DNA of 64,000 nt from Sphaerodactylus townsendi. Taxonomy: Eukaryota. A program made the position numbers and the translations under genes. The DNA lies in assembly GCF_021028975.2 (NCBI RefSeq), contig NC_059436.1:9424001-9488000 (forward strand), given 5' to 3'. Under the pieces are notes generated by a model that saw only the letters and a list, made by a program, of their open reading frames with translations, was not told where the DNA came from and ran no database searches. Shown piece by piece: positions 1 through 13,510 of this stretch; position 1 is the first letter of the stretch, and every line of letters starts with the position of its first letter.

Positions 1-779
1 AATTTACAACAAACTCATCCAAGACCATGTTGAAAACTCTAGCACAGTTAAAGCAGATAAATTCCCCCATGCTCATAATTCATGTCAGCTTAAAGGGGAA
101 AGGGGAATAAACAAAACAAAATAAAGGAAGAGAAAGAAGGAAGCCCACTAGATAGAATATTGTTGCTTTCTTAACCATATGCCTGGGGGAACAACATGGT
201 TACGCTGGCCCTGTGAAATTGTTTCAGTGGGCCCAGGTCTCATCTGACAGGCTGGGGCAAGGGCTGAAAAATTAGGGGATGAAGCTTGCTCTCTGTTTGT
301 TCATTATATCCACTCAGAACATCTGAAAGGGGTTTATATCTCCTGAGGCATAACTTGAATGTCTCCCCACCTCAACACCAATAATACTTTTATGAATAAA
401 AGAGAAAATGGAAAGGGGAAAAGCTGGCCATTTTTCTAAATGTTATGAATGGGACTGGCCATTCATAATGGGGAAAAAAATAGCAGCTGTAAGACTCCTG
501 TCCAGTAATTCCTAAGGAAAGTGGGGAAAATATACAGTAGCAGTTTATTGATTCCCACCCCCCTCAAGGTCATTTCACCCATTGAGCAGCTACAAACAGA
601 TGGCAATTTGCAAGCATTTTTAGCTGCTCATTGCCAGGAAAAATATGGGTAGCCATCAGTATGGTGGTACAGGAAGTTGTATGAGAGACACCTGTAAGGA
701 AGAAATAAATGGAAAACCCAAAGGGAAACACCCCCCCCCCCCAGCAAACAGGTCAATTACCACACTTGAAAGTAATAAA

Positions 780-840
780 AATCATTAAATCTAATAAATA
801 AATAAATTATAATAAATAAATCTAATAAATAAATAAAAAA
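780..840. repeat. Degenerate (AAAT)n microsatellite, possibly a retroposon tail
   Basis: aataaataaataaattataataaataaatctaataaataaataaa. Confidence 0.7.
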
Positions 841-1959
841 TCTTGTTTTCATTTATATATTTACATTATTTATAGCCCACCTTTCTCACTGGGACTCTTG
901 TGACACCTTAAAAGGGGAATGACAAATAGTATCTGACGACCAGGGCCCTAGCTCACAAAGGCTTATGCCACATATTCATTCATCTTTAAGATACCATTAG
1001 CTAAAAAGCTACCCTTCTAGAATCTATCATATTTCAAAAATCTGCAGGCATTTGCTATAAATGTTTACATGTACAGGGGAGCTTTAACAATAGCCTCATT
1101 TGACCAGATCACCCAGCCCACAGTCAGAAGAGCCTTGGAAAACGCACATGTCCAAGGCATTCATGCAAATCTCAGTCATCTACCAGTGAACTCCTTAGAG
1201 GCTTGCAAAAGGTGAGCTACTTGGGAACATCCAGGATTTTGCTCCTACAACAGAAGTTTAGGAAGGCTGGGCCCTTTTGAGATTTTTACTTCACATTGTA
1301 ATTTCTTTCCCAAAGTGAGATTTGCTATAATTCAAGCCAGGCTGGAATCTTGCCTTCTGACCCAGAAGCCTTTCCCTTTAGTACCAGACGAGAAGTTCAT
1401 TTTAATGCACAGCTCACAGCAGGAAAAACACATATGTGTGGGACTAAGTATCGTGCAGTTGGTCTGTAGGATTTATGAAGGAGCGCAGTTGTTTTTCTCA
1501 GTTTTATTCCTCTGTCAGTTCACCTTTCTTCATTCCTGTTTTTTGCTTTGTCATTTCATCTGCCTCCTTCCTTCCATCTTCCCTGTTCTGTCATTTTCCC
1601 TCCCTACGTTTTTTCCCCCAACCTAGAAACAAATTATGTTTATCTTCCAATATGCACGTGCATGGACTGGTGGGGTGGGGAATACATTGGAAAAAGCTGA
1701 GAATAAAACCTGTCTGGATGTTGGGAGGTTATCTGGAAGCAGGTCTATGCTTAGGCTCAAAGATGTTCATATTATGTACATCTCTTCATAGTTATCCTGG
1801 TGAGATCCACTTTAAATTAAACCATGTAGAATCCTAGGTTTCTAAAGGTACAATACAGATAATATTACAGATGCTTAAAACTCCCTTGATTTCAGCAGGG
1901 TAGGTTGAAGCACATGCTTCACTAACATACCAATAACTTTAGCACCAGTATAGTGCTGC

Positions 1960-2178
1960 CGAGCGTTCAGCGTGCTTCACACATTGAAGCTGTAATCCTT
2001 AACAGCAATTCATGTCATGTTATCATCTTTATATTGCAGATGGGGGATGGGGGCGAGGGTGGAAGCTGAGAGAGAATGTGGCTTGCTTAATGACAGCTAA
2101 TGAGTCCCAGGCAGAGGCAAGATTAGAACTGGGAAGTTCTCATCCGCATCTCAGGCTCTTAGCCACACCCTTACACCA
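1960..2178 (-). mobile_element. Old MIR/CORE-type SINE fragment
   Basis: Degenerate CORE-like segment (tatattgcagatggggga...ctgagagaga...gtggcttgcttaatg...ggcagaggcaagattagaact). Confidence 0.55.
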
Positions 2179-2364
2179 GTTGAACTCTCTTGTTGGGAGT
2201 TAATGGATCGTAGACAGAATATGAGACCCCAGTTCAAATTTCCACTCTGCCAGAAAGTGTGTTTTGGGGCCCTGTTAAGGAGGGAATGGAATGGGAATAA
2301 AATACAACATGCCACCCTGAGCAACTTTGAAGAAAAGATGTGATAAAAATCAAACAAAATAAAA

Positions 2365-2663
2365 GAAGAGTTTGAGTTTGGAGAGTTTGGATTTATATCC
2401 CCCCTTTCTCTCCTGCAGGAGACTCAAAGGGGCTTACAATCTCCTTGCCCTTCCCCCCTCACAACAAACACCCTGTGAGGTAGGGGGGGCTGAGAGAGCT
2501 CCGAGAAGCTGTGACTAGCCCAAGGTCACCCAGCTGGCATGTATGGGAGTGTACAGGCTAATCTGAATTCCCCAGATAAGCCTCTACAGCTCAGGTGGCA
2601 GAGCTGGGAATCAAACCCAGTTCCTCCAGATTAGATACACGAGCTCTCAACCTCCTACACCAC
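2365..2663 (-). mobile_element. Squam3-like tRNA/CORE SINE, near full length
   Basis: Minus strand: box A-like TGGTGTAGGAGG, box B GGTTTGATTCC, CORE body, aaactc/ttc tail. Near-identical to the copy at 34046-34353. Confidence 0.85.
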
Positions 2664-2929
2664 ATGGACCACATCTTGGAGATTCCCCTTTTACCAGATG
2701 CCACATCTCTGCTGATTTTCTTTTCTGTCCCCTTCAGCAAATTCACCCCTCCTTCACTTTCTTACTTTTATGCAGGGGCTGAAATCTAGTCATCAGCTGT
2801 AGATCAGCACTATTGTAATTTTTTTTATATAAATCATCTGAAAAAGACTGTATTTAGGTTTTTTTTAAAAAAGCCTGCGTTGAAGCTGCACAGAGCTCAT
2901 TTCCACCACCGCCAACTCCCCCCCCCCGC

Positions 2930-3450
2930 CCCCACAAGCCATTCAAAATTTGGAGGAAATAAATCTCTCTACACTAATTCAGGGAAAGTTTGATCCTCGT
3001 CAGCGCAGAACAAATAAAAGGGCTGAACTGGCCTGACATTTTACTGCAGAAGAGAGGTCGTTTTCAGCCACTAATAAAAAGGATTTGACACAGGCTAATA
3101 AAGAGAAATGAATTCCTCTAATGGCCTAATTTAGCACATTCAGCACTGTTCTGCCTGCAAGTCAGCCAGGAGGGGAACTGCCAGGAGAGTTGGGGGGGGG
3201 AGCAGGGGAGAGGGAGAACTGGGTGAAACGGAGGGAGGGGAACTCAGGGTCTCAAATACCAATGCATCCCCGCCCCCTCCTACAGTTTTCGGGAAGGAAC
3301 CACATATAGGGGAGGTGTTGCACAAATGCAAGGGAGACAAAGGATCTTTCTCCTCAGAACAATGACATTCTCGTGACAGCTTGACATAAGCGATTAAAAA
3401 TGACATTTTTATTCTTTTGGGCGGGTTTCTCCATTCACTTGTTTTCATTT
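2930..3450. promoter_or_regulatory. Candidate conserved non-coding element (intronic enhancer)
   Basis: Repeat-free, with clustered TAAT/ATTA and TGACA(G) motifs (e.g. tcgtgacagcttgacataagcgattaaaaatgacatt). Conservation not tested. Confidence 0.4.
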
Positions 3451-3989
3451 ACAGAAAAGAGTGGGGAGAAAAATGGATGGGAGACTTGTATCCCAAGGTC
3501 ATTATTCTGACATAACTATACAACCAAGGAATTCAAAGATTATGGGTACACCTTTGCTGACTAGTTTGTGTCCTTTATGGCCTTGCTTTGTCAGACTGAA
3601 GCTCCACCTCCACCAGCACCTTCCCCAATTATTTATAAGATGAAAGAGATATTATGGCATTGTAAGCCACACTTGACAGACCAACTGCTGCTTGCCCCTC
3701 ACTTTAAATTATTACCTTTCCGGCAGTAAAAGATGGGGCAGACAAGGACCTTTTGGTTGCTGACAGCCTCTAGTTGAGCCCTGGAAGACTGCAATACATC
3801 AGAGGACAAACCTTCTCACTGACAGTGAAATAAGGCCTGATTATTGTAGGACTGTATGGTGGCCTTTTGATCCCCGGGGTGGTACTTCACAAGAGGCTCC
3901 AAGTATATAGAACCTACTTGAAATAAGGAACGGTGCAATCCACTGAAGTCAGGGGACTTAGAAGGGTCTAAGGATCAGTGTAGACGAGG

Positions 3990-4150
3990 GTTTGGAAGGC
4001 CCAAGTTCAAATTTCCACTCTGCCATGGAAGCCTCAGTTTCATCTATATCACAGGGTTGTTGTGAGAATCAAAAATGGAGGAGAGGAGAACAGAACAAAA
4101 AGCTTTGGCTCTCCATTGGGGAGAAAGGTGGGGCATAAATGAAAGAAAAG
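3990..4150 (+). mobile_element. Degenerate CORE/Squam3-like SINE
   Basis: Box B-like agttcaaatttcc, then cacagggttgttgtgagaat...ggggagaaaggtggggcataaatgaa. Confidence 0.6.
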
Positions 4151-4249
4151 AAAAGACACCCAGTTTAGGATTGCATCGAAAGGGTGGTTTTTTGTACACA
4201 TCTCACTCCCAAGTCTGCCAGAAACCAATACTATGCAAATAAACGTTTG

Positions 4250-4568
4250 GGGAAGGGTTGTAGCTCAGAGGTAAAACATCAGCTTGGTATGCAGGAAGTC
4301 CCAAGTTCGATCCCAGTTGAAGGCAACAGTTAGTAGGTTGAAAGACCTCTAGCTAGAAACCTGGAGAGTCGCTGCTGGTCTGGGTTAAAGGACTGAATCA
4401 GTGGCCCCTTCCACACATGCAGAATAATACACTTTCAATCCACTTTTGATGCACTTCGCAGCTGTGCGGAATAGCAAAATCCACTTGCAAGCAGTTGTGA
4501 AATGGGATTGAAAGTGCATTATTCTGCATGTGTGGAAGAGGCTAGTAAAAGGCTCATGTGCTCATGTG
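4250..4568 (+). mobile_element. tRNA-derived SINE (Squam2/AnolisSINE2-like) interrupted by a MITE at 4403-4543
   Basis: Box A tagctcagaggt, box B agttcgatccc, body aaagacctct...cctggagagtcgctgc shared with 41594-41805; the tail resumes after the MITE. Confidence 0.7.
4403..4543. mobile_element. Palindromic MITE, PIF/Harbinger-like
   Basis: Long TIRs ggccccttccacacatgcagaataatacactttcaatcc / ggattgaaagtgcattattctgcatgtgtggaagaggct; AGT on both flanks; sister copies at 44119 and 49694. Confidence 0.8.
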
Positions 4569-6749
4569 TCCTATTTTCAGAAGTACTCCTTTAGAAATGA
4601 AGAAATTACCTGCTAAAGATGGGGCCTTTTTTGTATTAGCCCCTCACTCTGAAATGCCTTCCCCACAGCTATTTTCTACCTGGCATTCAGTCTCTACAGT
4701 TTTAGAATCTGATTTCTTTTATATTGGATTCTGATTGATTTATTTTCTCTCTCCCACTCCTATTTCAAGTTCATTGCAGGAAATTTTCCAGATGTTGGTA
4801 ACATGCTTAGTTTCCCCCCCTTTCCTGTCCATTGTATGTTTAATCTTTCAATGTATTGTTTTAAATTTATTATGGTTTTCACTTAAATTGTGATTATTAG
4901 TTGCCTCAGAAAACATTGGGCTAAGATGTGCGACTTTCAGCCAAAAGTATCACTAGAAAAGAGGATGCATTTAAAATGTTTCGAGGCTGCAAATAAAATG
5001 TTTTGGGGGAAAAACACTGAAGAACTCCTTGGCAGAAACATTTTATTTCCTGCTCTCAAATGTTTTAAATTGACTGTGTGGAAAGGCCAGTGTTACTGTC
5101 ACTGTTCTGGCTAAAGAACATCTCATAAGCAGTGTACACAGGAAAAGGGAACTGGATTCTTTAATGACTGGGAAAATCCTGAACTGGAAGGTACTGAGGG
5201 CCAAATTATATGGGGCACTGGATGATCTCCTGATCATTTAATTTAGTGGTAGATAGCAGCTGATGTATGTGTGTAGTAGGGTCAATTAAAAATGGAGCCC
5301 TAGTGAAGGACACGGGAATTCAGGACAAGTGTACAACCTTGACCTAATAATGGAGATCTTTTCTTCTACTCCTATTTATCAGTAAAGGTGCCCAGGAGAT
5401 CCATTTATGGATCTTGCTGTGTCAAGTCTAGCTTGGCCCTCAGTCAACTTCTAAAGGTTGAAAAATGAGTCTACAGTGTTTTTTCTGCTTCTGCTTTGCC
5501 TCCTCCCCCCATCGCAATTGACAAGTTTCCCAGTTTCTCCAACGAAGGAAAAGGTATAAAGGGAGAAGGGTTATGCATGAAAGCCACCTGGCTGAATGGC
5601 AAGGCTCTGGAAACATATTTTGCAGAGGCAGAGCAAGGGGGAAGAAATGATTTTGTAAAGTTCTTTTTATGGGTGATAAAACTCCCGACACACTATAAAC
5701 CCAAGCAGTAACTTCACAGCCACTCAACCATTTTCTTCAGAGTGACCTTGGCCAGGGAAACCAGACCTCAATTACAGACGCAACCAACTGTGCAGCAATC
5801 CGACTGCTGGGCACTGCGTCCCTCCCCCCATGAGTGACCTTGGAAGCCTCCACCGAGTGCAGGGACTTCTCCGATGTTCAGCGTTTTACAGCCAGAGCTA
5901 ACACACAGAAAAAATAATTTAGCAGGGTATTAACTTTGAAATCCAGTTCAAAAGCTAGAAGCTGCCTTGCACTGTCCGATCTCTTCAGAAGCACAGCCCT
6001 GCCTCTCCTCTCTCTCAAATCCATGAGGCAGGAAACAAACCTGCCCACTTCAGTGTATTGCATCACAAGAAGGCTTGCATGCGGACACTGACAGGTCCCC
6101 CCCGACTCCCCCGCAATAACATTAGAAGTTCAGTGAGGCAGCAGATTCAGGACAAAGGAGAATAATTTTTTAACACAATGCATCATTAATTTATGGAATT
6201 ATCTGTAACAGAGGACTCTGTGGTAGCATAATTTGCTTTAGAAAACAGCACAATCCGCTTTTAGAATTAGGCACGTTCAGCAACAACTGGTCATAATGGC
6301 TGATGGAACCTCCACAGTCAGAGGCAATGTATCATTTGCTCTCAAAAATGGGCTATTGCTTTCGTGATCTGCTTGTGGACTTCCCACAAGCATCTGGGTG
6401 ACCATTATGGGAAACAGAATGCTGGACAAGGTAGGACTGATCCTATCAGACTGAGCTTTCCTAAATCTGACATTGGGGTAGTTTTTTATATTCACTTCAC
6501 TGTTTTAAAAGTTGTGGTTTATGAGTTTATCCTCGATTCTATAGGTTGTGCAAAAAGTCACCCTACACAAGGGGAAAAAAATCCCAGGTTTTGAAAAAAC
6601 CAGCATTGTAATTGCTACGTAAAACACACAGGTACTCAGTCAACAGATGGTTTGAAAGTCACAAAACATGAGAAGGACCACAAGCTCCTCGCACTGGTCT
6701 GTGGCTCAATTCTAACATTACACCAAACCATGTTTAAGGAAACTCAGAC

Positions 6750-6838
6750 TCATAGAATCATAGAGTTGGAAGAGACCCCAAGGGCCATCAAGTCCAACCC
6801 CCTGCAATGCAGGAACACAAAATTAAAGCACTCCTGAC
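6750..6838 (-). mobile_element. CR1 LINE 3' end fragment
   Basis: catagaatcatagagttggaagagaccccaagggccatcaagtccaaccccctgcaatgcagg, the reverse complement of the CR1 3' end also seen at 12233 and 57022. Confidence 0.85.
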
Positions 6839-8964
6839 TTGAATTATGTCAGGCAAAGCATTGTTCACAATCACCACATAAACCAAAATGCGTTATTACA
6901 GTTTGAAATTGTTTTGCAAACCATGGTTTAAACTTACAGTGGGATGTGAATTGACAAATTATAGTTACACCCGTTACTCTGCCTTTGGAGCTCTAAAACC
7001 ATTGTTTGGAAGTACATCCCGAAACTCAAACCAAAGTATAGGCTCTAAGCAATAGTTAGCTTGAGCAAACATCTGACATAATGTTGAATTTGATTTTGTA
7101 CCATTTTTTTCTCTTTCCCCTCCCATACTGATAGTTCTCACACACTTCCCTAATGTGCATGTCCCACTGGCACACTTAAAGCATTCCTGACTTCCCTAGA
7201 TTTTCTCCCCTTTCTAAGTTCAGAAATCTGATTTTACAACACAGTTTTAGATGCACAAGTTGAATCTACTCAAGTGAATTTGTTGCTTTTTTATATCGAT
7301 AACGTCTACCCCACAATGACACTTCCTTCTCTCAACAGGACATCAGAATTAAATAAAGGCCATGAGATCCAGGAGGCCACACAATCACTGTCCAAGAAGG
7401 GTGTGAATGGGGTGCTTTTGACTTTTGTTGTCTAACCCTCCCCTGAGTTTCAAAGCAATTTTCTCAGTAGTTACAAAGCCTTAGTTAATGCAAGATGGTT
7501 ACCATCGTCCATATTTATTTGCTCAGCTTCGCTCTCCTGCTACCTTTTCTCACCTGGATAGATTGCCATTTGCTAATGCCCGCCAGTCTTTCCAACAGTT
7601 TGCAATTCAAATGACATGGATTTTTAACCCAAGACAATTTAAATCAATTTTATGTTTCAGGCAGCCTTGCTTAGGGGAAGGCTTGGACATTCAAGGCATT
7701 CCTTGCTCTGTTCTTATTTGAGATGCTGTTTGGGTTGTGGAATGCTTACGGTTGACAATGATGTATCGACACTAAGCACTCAAAGCAGCATGGGGAACAT
7801 TAAGCACGTGAAGTCCTGTGGCCTTGATTTGATCCACCCCACCTGGATAGAGCAGAATTTCCCCTCCAGCTCTTGATTTGATGGCTCTTGTTTGGGCCAG
7901 ACAATTATCCCAGCAGTAACATTTTTCATGGGCCTCTTAATTTACCTTGCTTTGTTTTCCATAATAGCTGGGGAGGGGAAGAGCACAACCCGCAAACTCT
8001 GTCATCAAGAGTGATCAAGAATCCACAGAGTTAGCGTATAATATCTGCATTTACAATACATTAAAACTGTGTTAGACCCTCAGTGATTCATTGTGTTTAA
8101 AGCTGACGAGAACATTTATAATAACACAGTCTAATCTTCTGCACAGGAATTTGGGCTTCACGCAATCATCATTTCGCTGAGCCCAGTCGTGGTTGGAGAA
8201 CTGAATGTTTTTAATTCAACAGGATATCATATTCTAGGCTGGGAGAAAGTTTTTTGTGTTTGTTTTGGAAATCCCAACCTATGGAGCACTGGTTACATCC
8301 TTTGGTTTTGGGTTAATCGGTTCAAGTGATAAATTAGGTTAAAGGTCTGCGTTTTATTCCCAAGTCATCGCTCTGGCATGTCTTTGCAGCCATTCCAATG
8401 TACAGTTTGTCCACACAAGTCCCGTTTTGGAACAGAGATTCAGAAATGTTGTCAAAGGCAGCCTCCCTCACAGAGCGTCAAGGGACCCTGTCTAAACATC
8501 CTCCAATGTAGGAAAACCACAACAGTCATACTTTTTATGATTAAATTTTTATTCTATGAAGTAAAAGGATTAGGGATGACATACTGAAATCTGTATATCT
8601 GTGCAATCCTTTTAATATATCCAAGGAAGCAGAAGAAGAGGAAGTCCTGCTTCTCTTGCCATTTTGCCTCACAACTAACACCTGCTCCTTTTCCCCCGGA
8701 GCTGAAATCCTATACTAAGTGAGACCACTGGTCCTATAACCAGCTTGGCTTTGTCTTCTTTGACTGACAGACACTTTCCAGGACAGGGCTCAGGAGTCCA
8801 CATCGTGGCACCCCTGGAAGGATTTGGGCTGGGGAAAGATGTACCAGTGTTATGCTGGCACCCAATGTCACTTCTGGTGAACACTGGAAGTGATATTGTG
8901 ACAGGAAGGATGCCCTAAGGATGCTCTAAGATTCACCAAAACACTGTGGTTAAACCTTGAGAAG

Positions 8965-9150
8965 ATAAGCCTCACTGGAAAAATCAAGAATACAGGAAAA
9001 GAGGAACACCCAACATGAGATGGAGTGACTCAATAATGGAAGCCACAACTTTCAGTTTACAAAATCTGACCCAGGCTGTTAATGATAGGTTGTTTCAGAG
9101 GTCATTATTTCATCATCGACCAGAAGTGACTTGATTGCGAATACTCCACA
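8965..9150 (+). mobile_element. RTE/BovB-type LINE 3' fragment
   Basis: Degenerate translation RKRGTPNMRWSDSIMEATTFSLQNLTQAVNDR resembles the RTE ORF C-terminus. Confidence 0.7.
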
Positions 9151-9181
9151 CAAACTATGGAGTTTTTGGCAAACCCAAGAG

Positions 9182-9601
9182 CAAAGATGTCAAACATGTG
9201 GCCCAGGGGCTGGATCTGGCCTCTTGAGAGGACTTTTCAAGCCTGCAAGCCAATGGACGCACCCCCCCACCCCGCCCCCCCCCCCCCGGCCAGGCACCTA
9301 ACCACCCTGCTGTAGGCTTGCCAGTCCAGGCACCCACTCACCCCTTCAGATTCACCATGCCACTTCCAATCTGGCCTGGTGAACCTGCTGCAGCACCCAG
9401 CACCCACCCATCCGTTCCACCCATCTAAAAGTCCAGCCCCCACCCATCCGTTCCTGATCTGGTCTGGTGACCCCATGACAATCTGAGCTGTTGAACCTGC
9501 TGTGAGCTCACCAGCCAAGGCAGCCCTCCCCCCACCTGAATCCAGCCCAATCAGATCACATTAATATCTGGCCCTCATAACATATCAGTTTGATACCCCT
9601 G
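9182..9601. mobile_element. Non-autonomous hAT-Charlie-like DNA transposon
   Basis: Ends caaagatgtcaaac / gtttgatacccctg; decayed 8-bp TSD cccaagag / ccctagaa. Confidence 0.65.
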
Positions 9602-12232
9602 CCCTAGAACATCCCTTTCCCTTGTTGTCATGTCACCATTTCTGGTTTTCACCAGAGGTCTACCACCACAGTGGGATACCCAGCATCCCTAAGCCAGTCA
9701 TATGAAGCTTCATTACATGATGGCTGCTTGCATCTGCCAAGCATCTCAAGTGGCACCAATAGGTGGGAGGATGAGAATTAGGTCTATAACTGTGGAATGG
9801 AACCATCCATCATAGGTAGCGTTGCACTAAAGGTAAAAGCCAACTGTGGGTTGTCTGAATCTTGGTTTATGCAGTAAAGGCAGGAAATGAAAGAGTCCAA
9901 AGCAAAGAGGTTCAGTCCTGGGTATATCCAATTTTAAAAGGACCAGGTAGGAGATGATGTTAGACCCTGTCACAGTAGGCAAGACTGACCTTGGCAGGCC
10001 AAGGGTTTGACTCTGGATTAAGAACGGAGCTGCAGAAGAGTTGAAATGCATTATTATAAAAAGCTTTTCCTATTCAAATTCTAATCAGTGGCTTTGACTG
10101 AAAGCTAATGAGATCCTTGAAGATATAGAGAGGAAAGCAGAACCTTATTTAAGTCTTTGTATTATCTGACCTCTAGACTTGGCAGATCCACTCTTTCCCA
10201 AGAGCAGCATCTGGACAGACTACAGTGCCTGCAGTTTTTCTGCTCTATGCAGCTGCCACAGTGGCAAAGAGAATAGGGGATTAATGTTGCTCCTGACAGG
10301 CGAGGGTTTGAGACACATGGCTTTCTGTCACACAGCGGTTGCCCACATGCACTACACTCGAGCCACATCCTTACTATGAACACTCTGCTTTGAAGGAAAG
10401 GCCATTTTTTAAAGTCACAGATTACATTCTTAGGATGGCTTCTGGGATGGTTGCTATGGAAACATTCCCAAGAAAAGTGTTATCACAAGGAATTACCCAC
10501 CCAACATAGTTAATACAAAAACCAGAATTTTTTTCTCCTTATTGTAAATTCATCTCAGGGGATAATATATGATCAAGGTGTGCCAATGACCTGTTCCAAC
10601 CCACCATCAAGGATCTAAACTGTGATAGTATCTTTATTCTTTCTGATAAATTAAGGGCCAAACTGTACAGGATATTTGAGTTCTGTGATCTGAACTCTCA
10701 ATAAATTATTTGACCTTGAAAAACAATGGAACTGGATTGGGGCCACAGAACTGGGGAAATAGATTCTCTCTTCCCTAGTGCCATTTCTGAGAAGACAGAT
10801 GGCCAAAGACAGATATTCTTATTGGGTTTAAAGTGGGATGTGTAGGGAGATGGAGTATTTTCCATCAGGAAAAGGACATTTGGGGAAGAGTTCTCTCCTT
10901 CATTTTTCCAGCACCGTTTCAGTTCCCAATTTCCCATGGATCTGCTTCAGGGCAAAACATACACTGCCATCATGGAGATTGCAAATGGATAGAGACTCAC
11001 AGTTTGGGGACACAGAATTTTAACCATAGAGTTTGGACTGAATGCTAGAGCATTGCCAGCAACTCCATGAGCTCACTTCCAGTCATACCAGAAGTGACAT
11101 CGATGCATCAGGATGCCAGTGATTCCTTCCCCTCACCTCATTTTTCCCCTCTATTGTCCAGATGAGCAGTGGCAGGAAGGGCCAGCTCTCAGGGGGAACA
11201 TCGCAATCCTAGCAAAATACCTTGCTGGGAATTTTACTCGTGGAACTCCATTGCCTGCAATCTGACCCTAAATTCTTCAGTTTCTGACCTCAAGCATTTT
11301 CTCAAAAATGCTAGATCACGGCAGTAGATCCCCCCCTGAACATCTTCAGGTTCTTCACATGTTCCTTCAATTTTCTTGTATTCAAATTATGGAATCATGT
11401 CACAGGTTTATAAGTTCGCTCCTCAATGCAAAAATAAAATGATGAACAGAATCACTGCTTGGAAAAGACGGCAGCAAGTGGAGGGAGAGGCAAGAATGAA
11501 AGGAACGTGATATATTCGCTGTGAGCCTCCAATCCAACTAGTATCTTCATAGCTTTTTAGGTGTGTTACAAAATGAGAAACCAGGTTGCCATAGGATTCT
11601 TTAGCAACTAACAACTTAAAGCCAAGACTCCCAAAGGAACCATTTTATTCTATTGTCTCCAAGAAAAAGCTACTTTTACTAGGTATTAAAGTAAAATAAA
11701 ATAGAAAATGATCCCAACACAACTGACTGTGTTATACATTTCAGCACTAACCATAAATCTATCAGAAAGTGCATTTCTGTGGATGCCTTTGAAAAGTATA
11801 GAGTGTACTCTAGGAGAAGAAAGCTTCTGGATAGGGGAGGGCTTTTACCAAAGGCCAGTGGCCGAGCATGAGTTATTGCTGCAAATGGCATCAATTCCAG
11901 AACAGTCAGAACAAACAAGCAAAAACACTGCTGTCCATTAAGGTGAAATGGCTTAAGAAACTGAAGACAAAAATGCATACATTCTCAACTACACTCTTAA
12001 GTTTAGAGGTAGATCATTGTACCACTGACTGTATGACAGAAAGGAAATAACGATTGAAAATCTGTGCATCATGAGGAGTGGTTTGTTTGCAGTTTATAAC
12101 TAACGTTCCCCTAAACAAGGTTTGCAGCAAAATAATGCCTCTTTGCGAACAGTCCAGCTCACCACCTAAAATCCTCATCTGAGGACTTGGCTCTCTGTGG
12201 TATCTTTCAGACTGCCTCAATGTTCCAGTTTC

Positions 12233-12446
12233 ATTCCACCTAAACATCAGGAAAAACTTCGTGACAGTAAGGACTGTCCGACAGTGGAATGAACTACCTC
12301 GGAGTGTGGTGAAGTCTCCATCTTTGGAGGTTTTTAAACAGAGGCTGGATGGCCGTTTGTCAGGAGTGCCTTGATTGTGAGTTCCTGCATTGCAGGGGGT
12401 TGGACCTGATGGCCCTTGGGGTCTCTTCCAAGTGTATGACTCTACG
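12233..12446 (+). mobile_element. CR1 LINE 3' fragment
   Basis: ttccacctaaacatcaggaaaaacttc...cagtggaat...ggaggtttttaaacagaggctggatggcc...; highly similar to 57191-57408. Confidence 0.9.
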
Positions 12447-12679
12447 AGCTTTTTTTTTGCCCTGCTTCCATACAGCTCTGTTAAAAACCTGTGCTGTCCT
12501 CACTGTTTTTATCCTCAGTTTCCCCCTCTTTTTAAAAAATGGCTTGATTCCGCATGATGCCTGTTTTTTTAAGAAGTCCAAAAATTTTGTGCCACTTTAT
12601 GGAGCACTTCCCATTTGATCCAAAAAGGGTGAGATGGCCAGTGATTTTTTTAAAAAATTGCTGGCTTTTTCCCTCCCTC

Positions 12680-12920
12680 CTTTGATATGTAATTAATAGT
12701 CCAGAAGAGGAGCTGCTTTCTTTCTTTCTTCTGGTTTTCCTCTGTTTTTATATCAGCATGACCCCCAAGTACGTTCCGGGCAGGCAAGCCGCCTAGCAGT
12801 TCTCTCTTAATTGCAATATAGTAAAGAAAATGCAAATCAGGGTGTAACAACACACCCCCTCTCTCTCTTAAATTCCAAATGAAATTAGCAACAACTTTAA
12901 ATGGCTCCATTAGTTGTGGA
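12680..12920. promoter_or_regulatory. Candidate conserved non-coding element
   Basis: Unique sequence with gtaattaat, ttaattgc, aaattagc, ccattag homeobox-type cores. Conservation not tested. Confidence 0.3.
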
Positions 12921-13007
12921 CACCCCTACACACACATGTACATATCTCGAATTGGGCAGGATGAGGTGCAGAGAGATGGGTTAAGCATGTGCCAAGAAAC
13001 CCTCTTG

Positions 13008-13510
13008 CTCCCTTTAAATCCTGCACCCCAATCCATGCTGAATTTAGGCAAACAGCGCTGCTTCAAAGGTTTTTTAAAGGTGTGTGTGTGGGGTGTGTGT
13101 GTGTGGCAAACAGGGGAACTGGGAGAGGAAAGTAGGTGTTGACAAGCAGGGGAAGGGGAAGGAGAGGAAAGGGAGGGAAAGCAGAATTGTTTTGTTTGCC
13201 TAAATTTGGCATGGATTGAGGGGAAGATTTAACAGGAGCTCTCCCTTTAAATCTCACCCCCCCCCCCATCCACACCGAATTTAGGCAAACAAACAAAAGT
13301 GCTTTCAAGGTTTTTTAAAGGGAGCCCATGAGGCTCCCAACCCCAGCCCCCAAATTTATTTTAATGCCCAAATTGTGATTCACATTTGGCCATTCAAATG
13401 GATTCAGATAGGGCTCAGATTTGGGCTGCTTGAATTCGACCCAAATCTGAGCTGAATTACCTGAATTGGGCCTGATTTGGTTGTTTTGGCAATTCGGCCA
13501 ATTTGGCCTA
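13008..13510. mobile_element. Degenerate DNA-transposon-like element with internal direct and inverted modules
   Basis: Module ccctttaaat...atccatgctgaatttaggcaaaca...ttcaaaggttttttaaagg at ~13010-13080, inverted at ~13185-13235, direct again at ~13243-13322; attcg/gaat-rich subterminal region. Confidence 0.5.
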
